A DNA stretch of 64,000 nucleotides from the human T2T-CHM13v2.0 reference genome, Homo sapiens. Below are positions 14,521 through 28,009 of this stretch, in pieces. The stretch is from assembly GCF_009914755.1 (NCBI RefSeq), contig NC_060926.1; one strand, 5' to 3'. Position numbers and translations under genes: made by a program. The notes under the pieces are model-generated. The model saw only the letters and a program-made list of their open reading frames with translations. It was not told the origin of the DNA and did not search any database. Within the stretch, counting starts at the first letter, position 1; the number at the start of each line of letters is the position of its first letter.

Positions 14521-14551
14521 TGTGTGTGTGTGTGTGTGCATGTGTGTGTGT
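14521..14551. repeat. (TG)n microsatellite
   Basis: tgtgtg...gcatgtgtgtgtg. Confidence 0.9.
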
Positions 14552-14805
14552 GGCCAGTGGCAGCACCAGTAAGTGCCAAGGATACCAGAACCACTGGGGC
14601 AGCTGGAATAACAAGCCCAAGTATGGGGGTCCCCCGTGCTGGGCACATCCCAGGTATCTCCCTCCCCACCCATTGCCACAGGACACCTCTGGGGACTGGG
14701 TGCCTCACGCCCCTTCTGTCTTGACTGCCCTCCATGCCCTGCCCCACAAACGCTCTGATAACAGTCTGTCCCTGTCTCTCTCCTGCTGCTCCTATGGAAG
14801 CGAAG

Positions 14806-14835
14806 TTTTCCGCTCCTGCAGAAAGCAAAGTTACG
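14806..14835 (+). CDS. SPEG: Candidate 30-nt cassette microexon (VFRSCRKQSY)
   Basis: Pyrimidine tract 14765-14793 with TGCTGC, AG at 14804-14805, donor ACG|GTAGGA; phase 1 to phase 1, no stop. Confidence 0.6.
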
Positions 14836-15428
14836 GTAGGAAACTGGCTCCTGCTCTAGCCCCCCGCATCCCCCCCTTTCCCACCCGGCCCCGGCCTCTC
14901 CTCACCCTGCCTCAGCTGCACCCGATGCCTTGCAGCTGGTTTGGGGTAGAGGACAGGCTGGCCCCGCGGTTGGTCGAGTGCCCTGGCAGTACGACTCTGA
15001 GGTGACTCCTCTTTGTTCCTGGGGTACTGGAACCCAGACTTTAGAGCCTTGGAACCTAGGACCTGATGATTTTGGGGCTGCACAGGGGCTTAAGCTTTCA
15101 CTGACAAGGGGAGGAGGGAGAAGGGAGGAGGCTCTGATAATCCATTAAGATATTGGCAGGCGGGGAGGGGGTGGCAGTTTGGAGGGCCCTACGGAGGTAA
15201 ACGTGAGTAACCAGGGGCCCAGAGATGGAGCCAGGGCACTGGCATGGGAGGGGTTATCCTGAGCAGCCCAGGCTGGGCAGGGGATGTGGGGAGCAAAAGA
15301 GAGGAGGTGCTGGCAGCCCTGCCAGTGATAAGATGGAGCCTGCTGTTGGCAGGGAGGCAGAAGGCAATAGGGAAGAGTTGGAGGCAGAGGGAGGAGGGCC
15401 CTGCCCACACAGACCCCTTCTTCTCCAG

Positions 15429-15518
15429 ACTCAGAGACGGCTGAGGATGACATCAGCGATGTGCAGGGAACCCAGCGCCTGGAGCTTCGGGATGACGGGG
15501 CCTTCAGCACCCCCACGG
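15429..15518 (+). CDS. SPEG: SPEG exon 2
   Basis: ttctccag| ... G|GTGAGC; [12 protein letters not shown]... Confidence 0.95.
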
Positions 15519-15600
15519 GTGAGCTCCTGGGGTGTACAAAGAGCAGGCAGGCGGGTTTTCCATAAGGGGTGCCTCAGTCTCACGGTGCTCCTTTCTCTAG

Positions 15601-15937
15601 GGGGTTCTGACACCCTGGTGGGCACCTCCCTGGACACACCCCCGACCTCCGTGACAGGCACCTCAGAGGAGCAAGTGAGCTGGTGGGGCAGCGGGCAGAC
15701 GGTCCTGGAGCAGGAAGCGGGCAGTGGGGGTGGCACCCGCCGCCTCCCGGGCAGCCCAAGGCAAGCACAGGCAACCGGGGCCGGGCCACGGCACCTGGGG
15801 GTGGAGCCGCTGGTGCGGGCATCTCGAGCTAATCTGGTGGGCGCAAGCTGGGGGTCAGAGGATAGCCTTTCCGTGGCCAGTGACCTGTACGGCAGCGCAT
15901 TCAGCCTGTACAGAGGACGGGCGCTCTCTATCCACGT
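15601..15937 (+). CDS. SPEG: SPEG exon 3
   Basis: ctttctctag| ... GT|GTAAGT; GSDTLVG...ALSIH. Confidence 0.93.
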
Positions 15938-17061
15938 GTAAGTAACGGCCTTACCTGGGCCTGAACTGCCCCATCTCACCACGCTGTCCTGCGCTGCCCT
16001 CACTGCTCAGTCAGCCTCCACCCATCACCCTGCCCCATCCATCTCTCTGTGCATTTCTTCACCCCCTGCTGCCACTCCATCTTCCCACACTGCTCCCTCC
16101 TCCTCCTGAGCCATCACCGCCCACATCCCCCTGCTCCCACCTGTCCTGGCTCACCATGCCATCTCCATGGTCTCCTGGACCCTGCTGTCCCTTCCTTGTC
16201 TCCTCCAAGATCTCCAGTTTCTCAGGGGCCCTCTTTTGCCTCACCCATTTGGGCTCCAGTTGTCCCCAGGATCCCTCCCCCGACCCGGGGGCCCCCTTGG
16301 TGCCTGCTGTCTCAGCAGCTGCTGCCTTTTCATCTCTCTGCACATTCCTGTTCCCATGTGGGCCTTTTTCTGGGAGGAACAGAACCTTTCCACACGGCAG
16401 CTCCCGGGAGAGCAGGAGAGAGCAGGGGAACAAGCCAGCAAGCAGGAGAGAGAAGAGAGTGAGGTGGCCAGGGGCAGATGGGGCAAGGGGCCTGTGAAAG
16501 CAGGAGGCCATGGGCTGGGGGTGGCAGGGGGCTGGGAAAGGGAGGGGCTGGAAATGGGGCCAGGCCAGAGGGAGAGGGCGGGAGTGATGGTGGCAGGGGG
16601 CTTGCAATGATTTCTCTCATGGGAAACCCCTAAGTCCCTGAGGGTGGGATTCAAGGTTGTCCCAGGAGGGGGTGTGAGGAGCGGAGGTGTTGGAGGCACT
16701 GGAGCCATTTTTGGAGATTTGGGGCTCGCAGATACAGGAGGGAGTGCTATAGTGGAAGAGGGGAGTGGCTGAGAATAGAGGGACTGGGGCATTTGGGGAG
16801 CTGAGGGGGGCCTGGTTTGTGATGGGTATGGGTGTGGGGGCAGCTACCACCGTGCAGGAGAAAGAAGGGGCCTGGTGGGGGAGGCTGCTTTGAGGGTGGT
16901 TAGAGCAGGGCTAGCGGTGGGCAGGGGAGAGGGCCAGGGCTGGGCCACGGCCAGGGGGAGGCTCCCTTGGCTTATCTTCTTGGCCTTACCCGGTGTTCCT
17001 GTGCCCTGGACTTGCCTTTCCCTTCCTGCCTTTCTTTACCAGGCCCCAGCCAGAGCCTGGA

Positions 17062-17075
17062 GTTGCTATGGCAAC
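17062..17075. promoter_or_regulatory. RFX X-box GTTGCTATGGCAAC
   Basis: Near-perfect palindromic match to GTTRCYATRGYAAC. Confidence 0.6.
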
Positions 17076-17469
17076 TTCGGAGGAACCCATTTCCTTAGTG
17101 ATGTCTATGGTACAGAGACTGGCCTGGAGCTCAGAGCTGCCGGCAAGAGGCCTCCTCTGCTGTCCTCAATTTCTCTCCAGGCCTCACCCACTTCCCAGAG
17201 GCTCTTCCCTGGGGACTCTGCGGCCCTTCCCCCAGAGAAGACACTTCCTCCCTGCAGGTGGCTGGCTGGGGTTTCTGTCTCTCAGGCCACTCTGCATTGC
17301 CACCACCCCTTTTAGCCCCAGTCAGAGGTGGGTCTGTCATGTGGGTGGCTGACTCAGGTAGGCTAAAACATCCTTAACTCGGGACCCCTAGAACTGCTCA
17401 TGGCTGGCACCCTACTACTTGTCCTCCCTTCTGTGCCCCTGGAAACCCAGACACTTTGGAGGAAATAAG

Positions 17470-17690
17470 GGCTCAGGATTCTGACTGCCTGGGTTTCAAT
17501 CCTAGCACCAATCATTTCCCAGCTGTGTCACCTTGGTAAGGCATTTAATCTTTTTTATGCCTCAGTTTCTTCATCTGTAAATGGGGGTGATCACAGTTCT
17601 TACCTCACAGGGCTGTTGTGAGTATTAAATGACTCAATGCATTTTAAGCACTTGGTACAAGCCTGGCACTCAGGAAATATTCAATGAGCC
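17470..17690 (+). mobile_element. MIR
   Basis: gcctcagtttcttcatctgtaaatggg...cctcacagggctgttgtgag core. Confidence 0.8.
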
Positions 17691-18750
17691 ATTTTACAGA
17701 TTTTTATTAAGCTCTCTCTGATGTGTCAGGTATGATAATACATTTAATTCCTTTTTTTTTTTTTTTTTTGCTTATCTTTATGTGTGATGTGCCCCCTCAC
17801 CCACCCCCTCCTCCCCGCAAGGGTCCAGATGGGGAAAACTGAGACCCAGCTCTTGGGCACCAAAGCTCTGTTAAGTGAAAGGGATACTCTGGGGTGACCG
17901 GCTCCTTCCCTCCTCCTTTTCTCCCACACTCCCTATTCAGGCCCACTTAGTAGCTATTTCTGAGCTGAGTTATTTCAGAGCATATCCCTGTGGGGGGGGC
18001 CTTCTGTACTTCTCAGGGGGGATTTCTAAGGACTCAAGGTAGCTTTGCCAGGGGAAGCACAAGTCAAAGGCCTATCGGGGGGCAGACTGAGCAAGGAGAG
18101 TAGGAGCCTGGGCATCCCGTTGCCACCTGCTGTGTCCCATCAGTGCTCGGGGTGGCGGCAGGTATAGGCTCAGGTCTACACAGCAGCTAGGGAATCCTAG
18201 GGATGGGGCACTGCCCCCCAAAAGGCTTGTGCCTGGTCCAGGAGGCTGTTGCTTGGCTTCCAGGGACCACTAGGAAGGGGTGTGCCCTGCTGATGATGGG
18301 CAGGGGTGTGGGGGCCAGCTGGGGGCTGGAATGAGTGGGTGGCTGCATTCCTGAGAACGCCCCTCCCCACCCCACCCTCTTGTCTTCCCTCCCCACTTCA
18401 TCCTTTGGGTCCTAAGCCTCATTCTTTTCTCTCCCTCATGCTCAGTTCTGTTTCCGCTGTTTCTCGGCTTCCAGGGCTGGGGGGAGGAGGCTGGCCCGAG
18501 TCCTGGGGCTGAGTCTGTACCAAGACCCAGCCATTAGCCCAATCTTGTGGTTCCAGAGCCGCCGGCCTCTCCCCAGCACCTGCTCTGGCTGTGCGCTCCT
18601 CGTGGGGGTGGGGGTGGGGGGCAGGAGGATCTGGCCCATGTCACCCCCAAGCCTGCCCAGCATGCCCACCACCCAATTCCTGTCACAAGCTAAGGGTCTA
18701 GGAGAGGAGGCCCCCTGAATCCTCTACCCTTCTCCATCTTGGTTCTGCAG

Positions 18751-20048
18751 CAGCGTCCCTCAGAGCGGGTTGCGCAGGGAGGAGCCCGACCTTCAGCCTC
18801 AACTGGCCAGCGAAGCCCCACGCCGCCCTGCCCAGCCGCCTCCTTCCAAATCCGCGCTGCTCCCCCCACCGTCCCCTCGGGTCGGGAAGCGGTCCCCGCC
18901 GGGACCCCCGGCCCAGCCCGCGGCCACCCCCACGTCGCCCCACCGTCGCACTCAGGAGCCTGTGCTGCCCGAGGACACCACCACCGAAGAGAAGCGAGGG
19001 AAGAAGTCCAAGTCGTCCGGGCCCTCCCTGGCGGGCACCGCGGAATCCCGACCCCAGACGCCACTGAGCGAGGCCTCAGGCCGCCTGTCGGCGTTGGGCC
19101 GATCGCCTAGGCTGGTGCGCGCCGGCTCCCGCATCCTGGACAAGCTGCAGTTCTTCGAGGAGCGACGGCGCAGCCTGGAGCGCAGCGACTCGCCGCCGGC
19201 GCCCCTGCGGCCCTGGGTGCCCCTGCGCAAGGCCCGCTCTCTGGAGCAGCCCAAGTCGGAGCGCGGCGCACCGTGGGGCACCCCCGGGGCCTCGCAGGAA
19301 GAACTGCGGGCGCCAGGCAGCGTGGCCGAGCGGCGCCGCCTGTTCCAGCAGAAAGCGGCCTCGCTGGACGAGCGCACGCGTCAGCGCAGCCCGGCCTCAG
19401 ACCTCGAGCTGCGCTTCGCCCAGGAGCTGGGCCGCATCCGCCGCTCCACGTCGCGGGAGGAGCTGGTGCGCTCGCACGAGTCCCTGCGCGCCACGCTGCA
19501 GCGTGCCCCATCCCCTCGAGAGCCCGGCGAGCCCCCGCTCTTCTCTCGGCCCTCCACCCCCAAGACATCGCGGGCCGTGAGCCCCGCCGCCGCCCAGCCG
19601 CCCTCTCCGAGCAGCGCGGAGAAGCCGGGGGACGAGCCTGGGAGGCCCAGGAGCCGCGGGCCGGCGGGCAGGACAGAGCCGGGGGAAGGCCCGCAGCAGG
19701 AGGTTAGGCGTCGGGACCAATTCCCGCTGACCCGGAGCAGAGCCATCCAGGAGTGCAGGAGCCCTGTGCCGCCCCCCGCCGCCGATCCCCCAGAGGCCAG
19801 GACGAAAGCACCCCCCGGTCGGAAGCGGGAGCCCCCGGCGCAGGCCGTGCGCTTCCTGCCCTGGGCCACGCCGGGCCTGGAGGGCGCTGCTGTACCCCAG
19901 ACCTTGGAGAAGAACAGGGCGGGGCCTGAGGCAGAGAAGAGGCTTCGCAGAGGGCCGGAGGAGGACGGTCCCTGGGGGCCCTGGGACCGCCGAGGGGCCC
20001 GCAGCCAGGGCAAAGGTCGCCGGGCCCGGCCCACCTCCCCTGAGCTCG
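18751..20048 (+). CDS. SPEG: SPEG exon 4 (large Pro/Arg/Ser-rich linker; exonic CpG island)
   Basis: ttctgcag| ... G|GTAAGG; 1298 nt open frame (ORF 18770..20221). Confidence 0.97.
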
Positions 20049-21912
20049 GTAAGGCCTCAGGGAGGGCTGACAAGGTGCCTGAACCCCCGTCGGGGGGCGT
20101 TTGTGGAGAGCAAGACTGCTCAGCAGGAGCCGGGGGGTCGGGGGTTTCGCCTGGGGCTGCTAGCCAGCTGCAAGGGTGGGTTTGCCAAAGAAGGCACAGA
20201 CACAGGCTCGACTTTGAGTGAAGGATTGTCAAAGTCCTTGTGCTAGGACTGCTACTGGTGAGGCAGAGCGTGAGTGTTGTGATGGAGGCTAGGTGAGGCT
20301 GAGATGTGAGCTAAGACTGGTGCCCAGATGCCCGCCATAGCTCCCCTGGGTCCAGTGGCCTGCTAGGCTGTTGGATCAAGAACCACTACTGGGGGGATGC
20401 ACTGGTGGGAACCTAAGGACCCCCCTCCATACCCCCAATCCCTCTGTTGGGGAGAGATGGTAGATGGTCTGAAATAATTTTCAAATCCCTGTTACAGACA
20501 CGCTTTGTGCCAGATAACTCTTTACTCTGCCTCTCCCACCCGGGCACCATCCCCTGACCCATGTGTGGCCACCCAGCCTGCCCTTCTAGCCTCCTCACCT
20601 CAGGCTTACACCCCGCATGGCTGAGCTCACTGTGGTCCCTACACAATGCCTGCCTGTGTGTTGTCTCCCAACCTTCCCATGGATGATGACCAACACCACC
20701 AACAGGAGAATGGCTCTGCACCCCACCCCTCATCCTGCACATCAACTCGAGGCCCACTCCTGGAGAGAGGCAGAGGAAGGCGTCCTTGACCCACTTCCAC
20801 TGCTCCTCCAGAATAGATGCCTCTACCTGCTGCTCCTGGGAGACCCTGCCAGGATCTCTTTCATTGCACTTACCATACTGTATTTTTCTTCATCAAAATT
20901 ATTTTGCATTTAAGTATTACCACCTTAGAATCTTTAGAGATAATTAGGCCCCTGTCCATCATCCTCCTGGACACCATTATTGCAAACACACAACTATGTG
21001 CCAGCATTGTGTTAACTAGGCCCTTACAGATGTTATTTCATTTCAGCCTATATGTCAGTTTCAGAGGGTCTTTTCCCCTCCATCTTACAGATAACAAAAC
21101 TGAGGCTCAGAGAGGCTAATTTGCCCAAGGTTTTGTAGCTAGGAAACAGCAGAATTGGGATTTTCACTGCTTTTTTGGCTATGTACATTGTCCTTTATCT
21201 AGCTTATGGAATGTCAGAGTTGGAGAATGCCCAGAGACCCATGACAGTGGAGTTTGTCATCTCTCTGTATGTATGAGCTTCCTGTAAGCAGGGACCACTG
21301 GTCCTTCCTCTAGTGTTCTTGGTACCCATACAGTACTCAGTATGCCGGGAGTACAGGGTCACTATTTGGTGAACGGATGAAATCAAATCTGATCTTCGTA
21401 GGCCTCTCAGACTGCCTACCATTCACTCTTTTGAATCTGACGGCTTCACACATTTGACAATTCACCTCGTGTTGCTCTGTGACACCGCTGTTATTGCTTA
21501 AGTCTTGGGTTGCTTTTAGCTTGTTCTTTGTCTGTTTGAAAGCTTGTGCCCCTCCAGGTGCCTTGCATAGGGCCTGGTATGCCATACATGATGGCTGACG
21601 TGTTAAAGACATACACAGTGCAGTCCTGTCTTTCTCCAGAAGCCAACGCTCTAATTGTGGATGAAGTTGAGGAACGGCCACACTAACATGGAGTCAAGGC
21701 TGCCCTGACCTGTTTCGAGAATGCTCCTTCTGACTTCCTTTTTTCCCTAAGGACATTCAGGAGGCAGACCCTCTTCTCCCCAAGTCCCTGCTTTCTAGAA
21801 GCCCCTCTGTCTGGGTTTGGCTTTCTAGGATGCAGGCCACCAGGACTCTCTCTCCCGCTGTCATCCCTGCAGGGATCATGGCCCCTTACCCCGTTATTCC
21901 TGTGTCCGGCAG

Positions 21913-22056
21913 AGTCTTCGGATGACTCCTACGTGTCCGCTGGAGAAGAGCCCCTAGAGGCCCCTGTGTTTGAGATCCCCCTGCAGAATGTGGTGGTGGC
22001 ACCAGGGGCAGATGTGCTGCTCAAATGTATCATCACTGCCAACCCCCCGCCCCAAG
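21913..22056 (+). CDS. SPEG: SPEG exon 5 (Ig, first half)
   Basis: ggcag| ... G|GTGAGC; ESSDDSYV...[10 protein letters not shown]. Confidence 0.95.
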
Positions 22057-22401
22057 GTGAGCTCCAGCACTGGGCCAAGGTGCGGTCGAGGTTGGGAGGG
22101 GGTGTGTGAGAAGGGAAGGGGAGGTTCCCCCGGACTCCTCCAAGGGAGGGGTGGGAAAGAGGGGAATTATCCCCTCCACGGGGGCTGCCCTGACTTGGGT
22201 GTGTGTTCAGGGACATTTCTCAGGACCCCCGAGAGAAGGGAGGGCAACCTGAGCTTCCCAAAATGAGGGCGGACTCTTCCAGATTCCCTGGGGTGCTGAG
22301 AGGAGAGGTTTGGTCTCCTGTGTGGTGTGTGGGGTAGGAGTAGAGATTCTCAGTGGGCGCCTGTGGGCCGTGGCGAGCCGGGTCCCTGTGCCTCCCCACA
22401 G

Positions 22402-22584
22402 TGTCCTGGCACAAGGATGGGTCAGCGCTGCGCAGCGAGGGCCGCCTCCTCCTCCGGGCTGAGGGTGAGCGGCACACCCTGCTGCTCAGGGAGGCCAGGG
22501 CAGCAGATGCCGGGAGCTATATGGCCACCGCCACCAACGAGCTGGGCCAGGCCACCTGTGCCGCCTCACTGACCGTGAGACCCG
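22402..22584 (+). CDS. SPEG: SPEG exon 6 (Ig, second half)
   Basis: ccccacag| ... G|GTAGGG; VSWHKDG...DAGSY. Confidence 0.96.
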
Positions 22585-25557
22585 GTAGGGAGCCCATCAA
22601 CCCTGGGGCTGGGTGGGGGCAAGCCGTGACTCTTCCCTGGCCCAGGCCCCAGTCCACCTCCCTTCCCACTCTCAGCCTTGAGCTTGGGCACCCCGCCAGC
22701 ATACTTAGTCCATGCAGTCCCTTCTGGGTGTCGGCAGCTTTGGTGAAAGCGTTTTAAATGGCCCTGGCCTCAGGGCAGGGGCCAAATCCCCAAGGCGCAC
22801 AGAAGGCTGGCCAATTCATGAAGTCAGTGAAATTTGTGTTTAGCCATCCTCTAAATGCCATCCTCCCATGGCATTTCCCTGAACAGGGTCCTATGGGGAA
22901 AGCAAATTGTCCTTGAGTTTCCGAGAAGAAGAATCTCTCCGCTCACAGGGTTTAAGAGCCACCACAAGCCTTCTGAAGTCATTTCCCCTGTAAGACAGTC
23001 CCCCCTCCCAGTAAAAAGAGATGCTTTCGAGTGCCACAAGCCACTTCCCCCCTACTTTTCTTGAACCCAAAGTTGTAAAAAGGGTACAGCCAAGAGCACT
23101 TCTTGGGCTGGCAGTGCCGAGGCTGCCTTGTTTTCTATTTTTGTGAAAGCCCTTACTTGGTGTCAGACTACTTTCTTTGGGATTCAGCCCAGTTTCTTTC
23201 TGGTTCAGCTGGATCAGTGTCGGTGTACATGGCCAGTTCAGCTCATTCAGCTTGCGGGGCCTGACAATGCACTGACCCCGGGCCTGGGGTTCGGGGAGGT
23301 GAGGATGGTCAGGGGGTATTACAGAAGGAAAACACACTCAACCCTCAAGGGGGTTCCCACTGGGTGACCAGACCTGGATCAGAGGACCTAGGTTGGGGGA
23401 CAGTGCGGAGCAGATGGATCTAGTGCCGAGGACATCCGAGCCGTTGCTTAGTGTTCTGGGATGCCTGCGCTGAGAGACGTTGGTGCCCTGAAGGAGGCTG
23501 GGATTTTAGACCGGCACGGGGAAGGCGGGACATGCCAAGAGGGGGAACAGCACATGGTGTTCTGTCCCTTCCTTCCATGAAGTGCTGCAGGAGACAAGAT
23601 GGCAGAGCCTGTGTGCCCATCCCAGGGCCTCAGCACCTGAGCAGTGAGGGAGTTCTTGATGCATCTGATCATAGTCTCGTGCTCCAGTAGAGCCTTTGGT
23701 TGCACGGTCTGGCTTGTGCCACTGCAGGTCTTCATCCTCCTTAGCTGCATATCCCTCCCGGGGCCCATTTTCCAGGCTTTCTCCTCCTCCTACCCCTCCT
23801 ACCCCGCTGAATCATGCCCGTCCCTCCACCACATGCTTCTGTCCTTCCATCACCTCCGGGATCTGGCTTCTGACTCAGCTCCCAGCTCCCCTGAGGGGGC
23901 CCAGGCCTGGCTCCAGGACTCCAGTCAATACCTGGCTTGGGCTGAAATTTGGCGAGGGGTGGGATGGGGGTGCCCCGATACTGGCTCAGGGCCATTTGGG
24001 AGCCTTTTATGGTTGGAAAGGCAGCTTGGGGCGAGGCAGTTGTCAGCCCTTGACTGAGAGTTCTGTATTTGCGGCATAGAACCTCCTGAGCTTCAGTTTC
24101 CTCATTTGTAAACCGGAGATAATGACACCGTCCTCACGGATGAAAGCGAATGTGTGAACGAGCTTTATGAACTGTAAAGCTGTAGACAAATGTTAGTTGT
24201 TAGCGTTATTAACGGGTGCTGTTGTGTAGAAGAGCTCAGGTTTCTACAAGGATCTGGGAAGTGCCTTATCCTTCTCTGTCCCTTTCTTCAGCCCATCTGT
24301 GCCTTAGGGACTCCACCTCTCCCCTTGGAAGGCCCATATCCTGCAGACCCTCTGTATTTCCCAGCCCCTGTGTCCTCAGCTCATCACAGCATCTCGGCAC
24401 CTCTGCCCTGGGGAGCCAGAAAGCCTTCATTGCATTAGTCTGTTGCATCAGGCATTACAGCAAGACAGCCACCTCCTTAAGTCAGGCTGGCTCGGGGGCC
24501 CCAGGGCCTGGGGGGCAGGCATGTGGGTCCAGACTTGGCTCTGGCTGTTGTGGAGCAAGCTGACTTTCTTACCCTACAAGGCACTGTTTAGTCCAGAGTG
24601 GCTGGATGGGGGCCAGTGGACTTGAGAGCAGCAAAAGTGGGTGGAACCTGGGGATGGCACAGACATCTGGCAAGGGGTGGTCCCAGGCCTGGAGTCTGCA
24701 GGCAGTGAGGGGTGGGGCCAGGGGAGGGAGTCCAGCAGTTTGCCCGTAGGCCTGGTGGGGAGCAGGTAGAGGGAGGCAGTGGGCAGTGTATTGTGGGAAG
24801 AGGCCTGCGTGCAGCCACCGCCCTCTCTTGCTCCTTCCCCTCCCCCTCTTGCTCTTCACGCTGCCCCTGCCCAGTGCTATGGTAACCAGGGCTGGCTGCC
24901 CAGTTCCCTCTTGGGGTCCACCCCAACAGGGCCTGCTTTTGAGGACCCACAGATCTCAATTCCTGGTTGGGAGCCATGGTAACCAGGGAATGGATAACTA
25001 GAGAATGCGGCCCCATGGACCATGGTTTAGGGGCAGGGTCTGTGCGGAAAGGAGCTGGTCCTCACCAGCTCCCCTGGTCCCTCCCACCCTTTCCACCCCA
25101 CTGAATCATTCTGTTGAGACCACAGCCATTCTCCCAAAGCGGATGTGTGGATGGGGGCAGGTGGCTTGGGAGTGTGAGAAGTGTGCTTAACCAAAGCATT
25201 CCCCACCGCTGCCCACATCCATCACACAAGTATTTATTGAGTGCCAACCAGGTGCCAAGTGCTACAGCTCTCTAAACAGTTTCTTCTGTTTGGACAGTGT
25301 CATAGACTTTCCCAAGCCCTTTCACGTCTCTTCCCTGGCGATAACATTGTGCCATACATATCCCTTGGAGGGACGTGTGGCAGGTGGGGACATTCCCATT
25401 TTATGGATGAGAAGACAAAAATGTGAATTGAAAAGTGAGGTAGAGCTAGCACCAGGCCAGCAGCCTTTATTTAGCACTTGCCATCTGCCTAGGGATGTTT
25501 TCAGCAACAACTGATTTAGGGTGATGGAAATAACTGCCCATGAAGCAAATAAACTTA

Positions 25558-25995
<438 letters not shown>

Positions 25996-26105
25996 CTATT
26001 ATTATGCCTATGTTACGAATGAGGAAACTGAGACTTGGAAAACTTTAGCCAATTGCTCTCTGGACACAGTGGCTGACACCTGTAATCCCAGCAGTTTTAT
26101 CTGGA

Positions 26106-26312
26106 GCAGCATTGATCAATAGACATTTCTGTGATGATGGAGATGCTCTATATGTGTGTGGTCCAGTATGGTAGCCCTAGCTACATGTGGTTAGTGAGCA
26201 CTTGAAATGCAGCTGCGGTGACTGAGGAACTGCATTTTAAATTTAATTTCATTTTAATAACTGCTTTTAAATAGTCTCAGGTGGCTAGTGGCTGCCTTCT
26301 TGGGATGGTCAG
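26106..26312. mobile_element. MER3 (hAT-Charlie) DNA transposon relic
   Basis: caatagacatttctgtgatgatgga...gagcacttgaaatg...gactgaggaactg...gtggctagtggct. Confidence 0.8.
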
Positions 26313-27404
26313 CTCTAGGAGCTTAGGGCCAGCTGGAGGCTGGAGCTATGATTTGAAACCCTGTCTCGGTCTCTCAAGCCTACACTCCTAACCATGACAC
26401 TATCCCACCCCCCTTTCCTGTTGCTCTGAAGAAGTTCGAGGTTGAGGTAGAACTGAGCTCATGAGCTCACTGGGAGGGCACTGGTGATGCCCTCTGTGGG
26501 TGGGTCCGACTGGGGGCTTTCTCTTCTTCCTCTATTGACTCCCCACCTCCAGCACAGCTGTGGTCCTTCTGTTTCCTTGCATGCCTGATGTGAGCACACC
26601 CAGCTTCCCCACCGTGCGCCCCGAGAGGAGGCCCTCTGGGTGCTGGGCAGGAGGAAGTGGGAGTATGGGAGGCCCCATGGGCCTGGGCCTCATCCTCCCC
26701 ACCTCCAGTCCTTCCCTCAACTACAGGTCTCCTATATTTGAGCCCAGGATTCTTGCATTTTCCAGCCAAGACCTTGGCCTCTTCATTGTACCTTAGCTGG
26801 TCATGGTTTTCTTGGCTGTAAAGTGAGGATCTTCACACCAGCCAGGCCACCTACTTGGTGAGATTCCTGAGGGTCTGTGAGGAGGGCAAGTTGGACACTT
26901 GGGACAGAGGATATATAGCTCATCGAAGCCCATTCTGGTCCCACTCATAGAATCAACATGACCACAGCAGAAAATAGGTTGTTTATTGGGGGCCATGAAA
27001 ACAAAAACAAGGAAGAAAACCTTAGCATCCATGTCAGTCCCTGTCTTCTCTTGCCCCTGGTCTCTGGCCACCTGTGGCATAGTTGCAGATTCTCCCTTGT
27101 GATGGCAGTGGCTGCCGTTGGGGAGGATGCCACATGGCCCCCATCGTCAGTCCTCGATGGGGGTTTGGACAACACCAGACAAAGCAGTGTGGCATGGTCC
27201 CCTTGCCCAAACTCAGCCCTTCCTCTACCCTCCTGTCTGCCAGAAACAGGCCTGCCTGACAGGTGGCCTCCCCGAAGCTGGTACCTAGAACGGGGGCCAT
27301 CACTCACAGCCTGTCAGAAGAATTGAGAGCTCATTTACTGTTGTTGCAGCCACTTTTCCTCACCTGGAGCAAACTAACATAGTCATATATAAGAAATTCA
27401 TCAT

Positions 27405-27670
27405 GACCGGGTGCGGTGGCTCACGCCTGTAATCCCAGCACTTTGGGAGGCCAAGCAGGGTGGATCATGAGGTCAGGAGTATGAGACCAGCCTGACCAAC
27501 ATAGTGAAACCCTGTCTCTACCAAAAATACAAAAAATTAGCCGGGTGTGGTGATGGACGTCTCTAATTCCAGCTACTTGGGAGGCTGAGACAGGAGAATC
27601 ACTTGAATCTGGGAGGCAGAGGTCTCAGTGAGCTGAGATCGTAACATTGCACTCCGGCCTGGGCGACAGT
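27405..27670 (+). mobile_element. Alu, 3'-truncated (no A tail)
   Basis: Dimer ends abruptly at gggcgacag. Confidence 0.9.
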
Positions 27671-28009
27671 ATTAATCACTTCTGGGGCTAGGTCAGGCTG
27701 ACCATGTGAAATGATCTGTTGGCTTGTACATTTTGAACTAAGCCTGAAACATTCTCAGTCCAAGGGGAAACATTCATGTCAGCACCCTGTGGAAATGCCC
27801 ACCTCCTGGCCAGCCGTGTCCTCCCTTTCCCTGACTTTTCCGCAGTGGGGTTACCACAGCAGACATTTCAAGAACTGCCTGTGGAGGACCTACTGAAACA
27901 GCACATGTGGAGGGCCAGCTGGGAAGGGCCAAGCCACAGGCAAATGCTTGCTAACCTGCAGCCTATCACTCCCTTCCTCAAGAATCATAAGGAGGAAAAA
28001 CCGTTTATG

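Noticed and set aside
16500-16960. G-run clusters (possible G-quadruplexes), also near 18600, 46740, 57480
   Set aside because: Ubiquitous in this G-rich gene; nothing singles them out
19381-20232. Long antisense ORFs over exon 4 (283 aa etc.)
   Set aside because: Shadow ORFs of a very GC-rich coding exon; no recognisable domain or splice/promoter support
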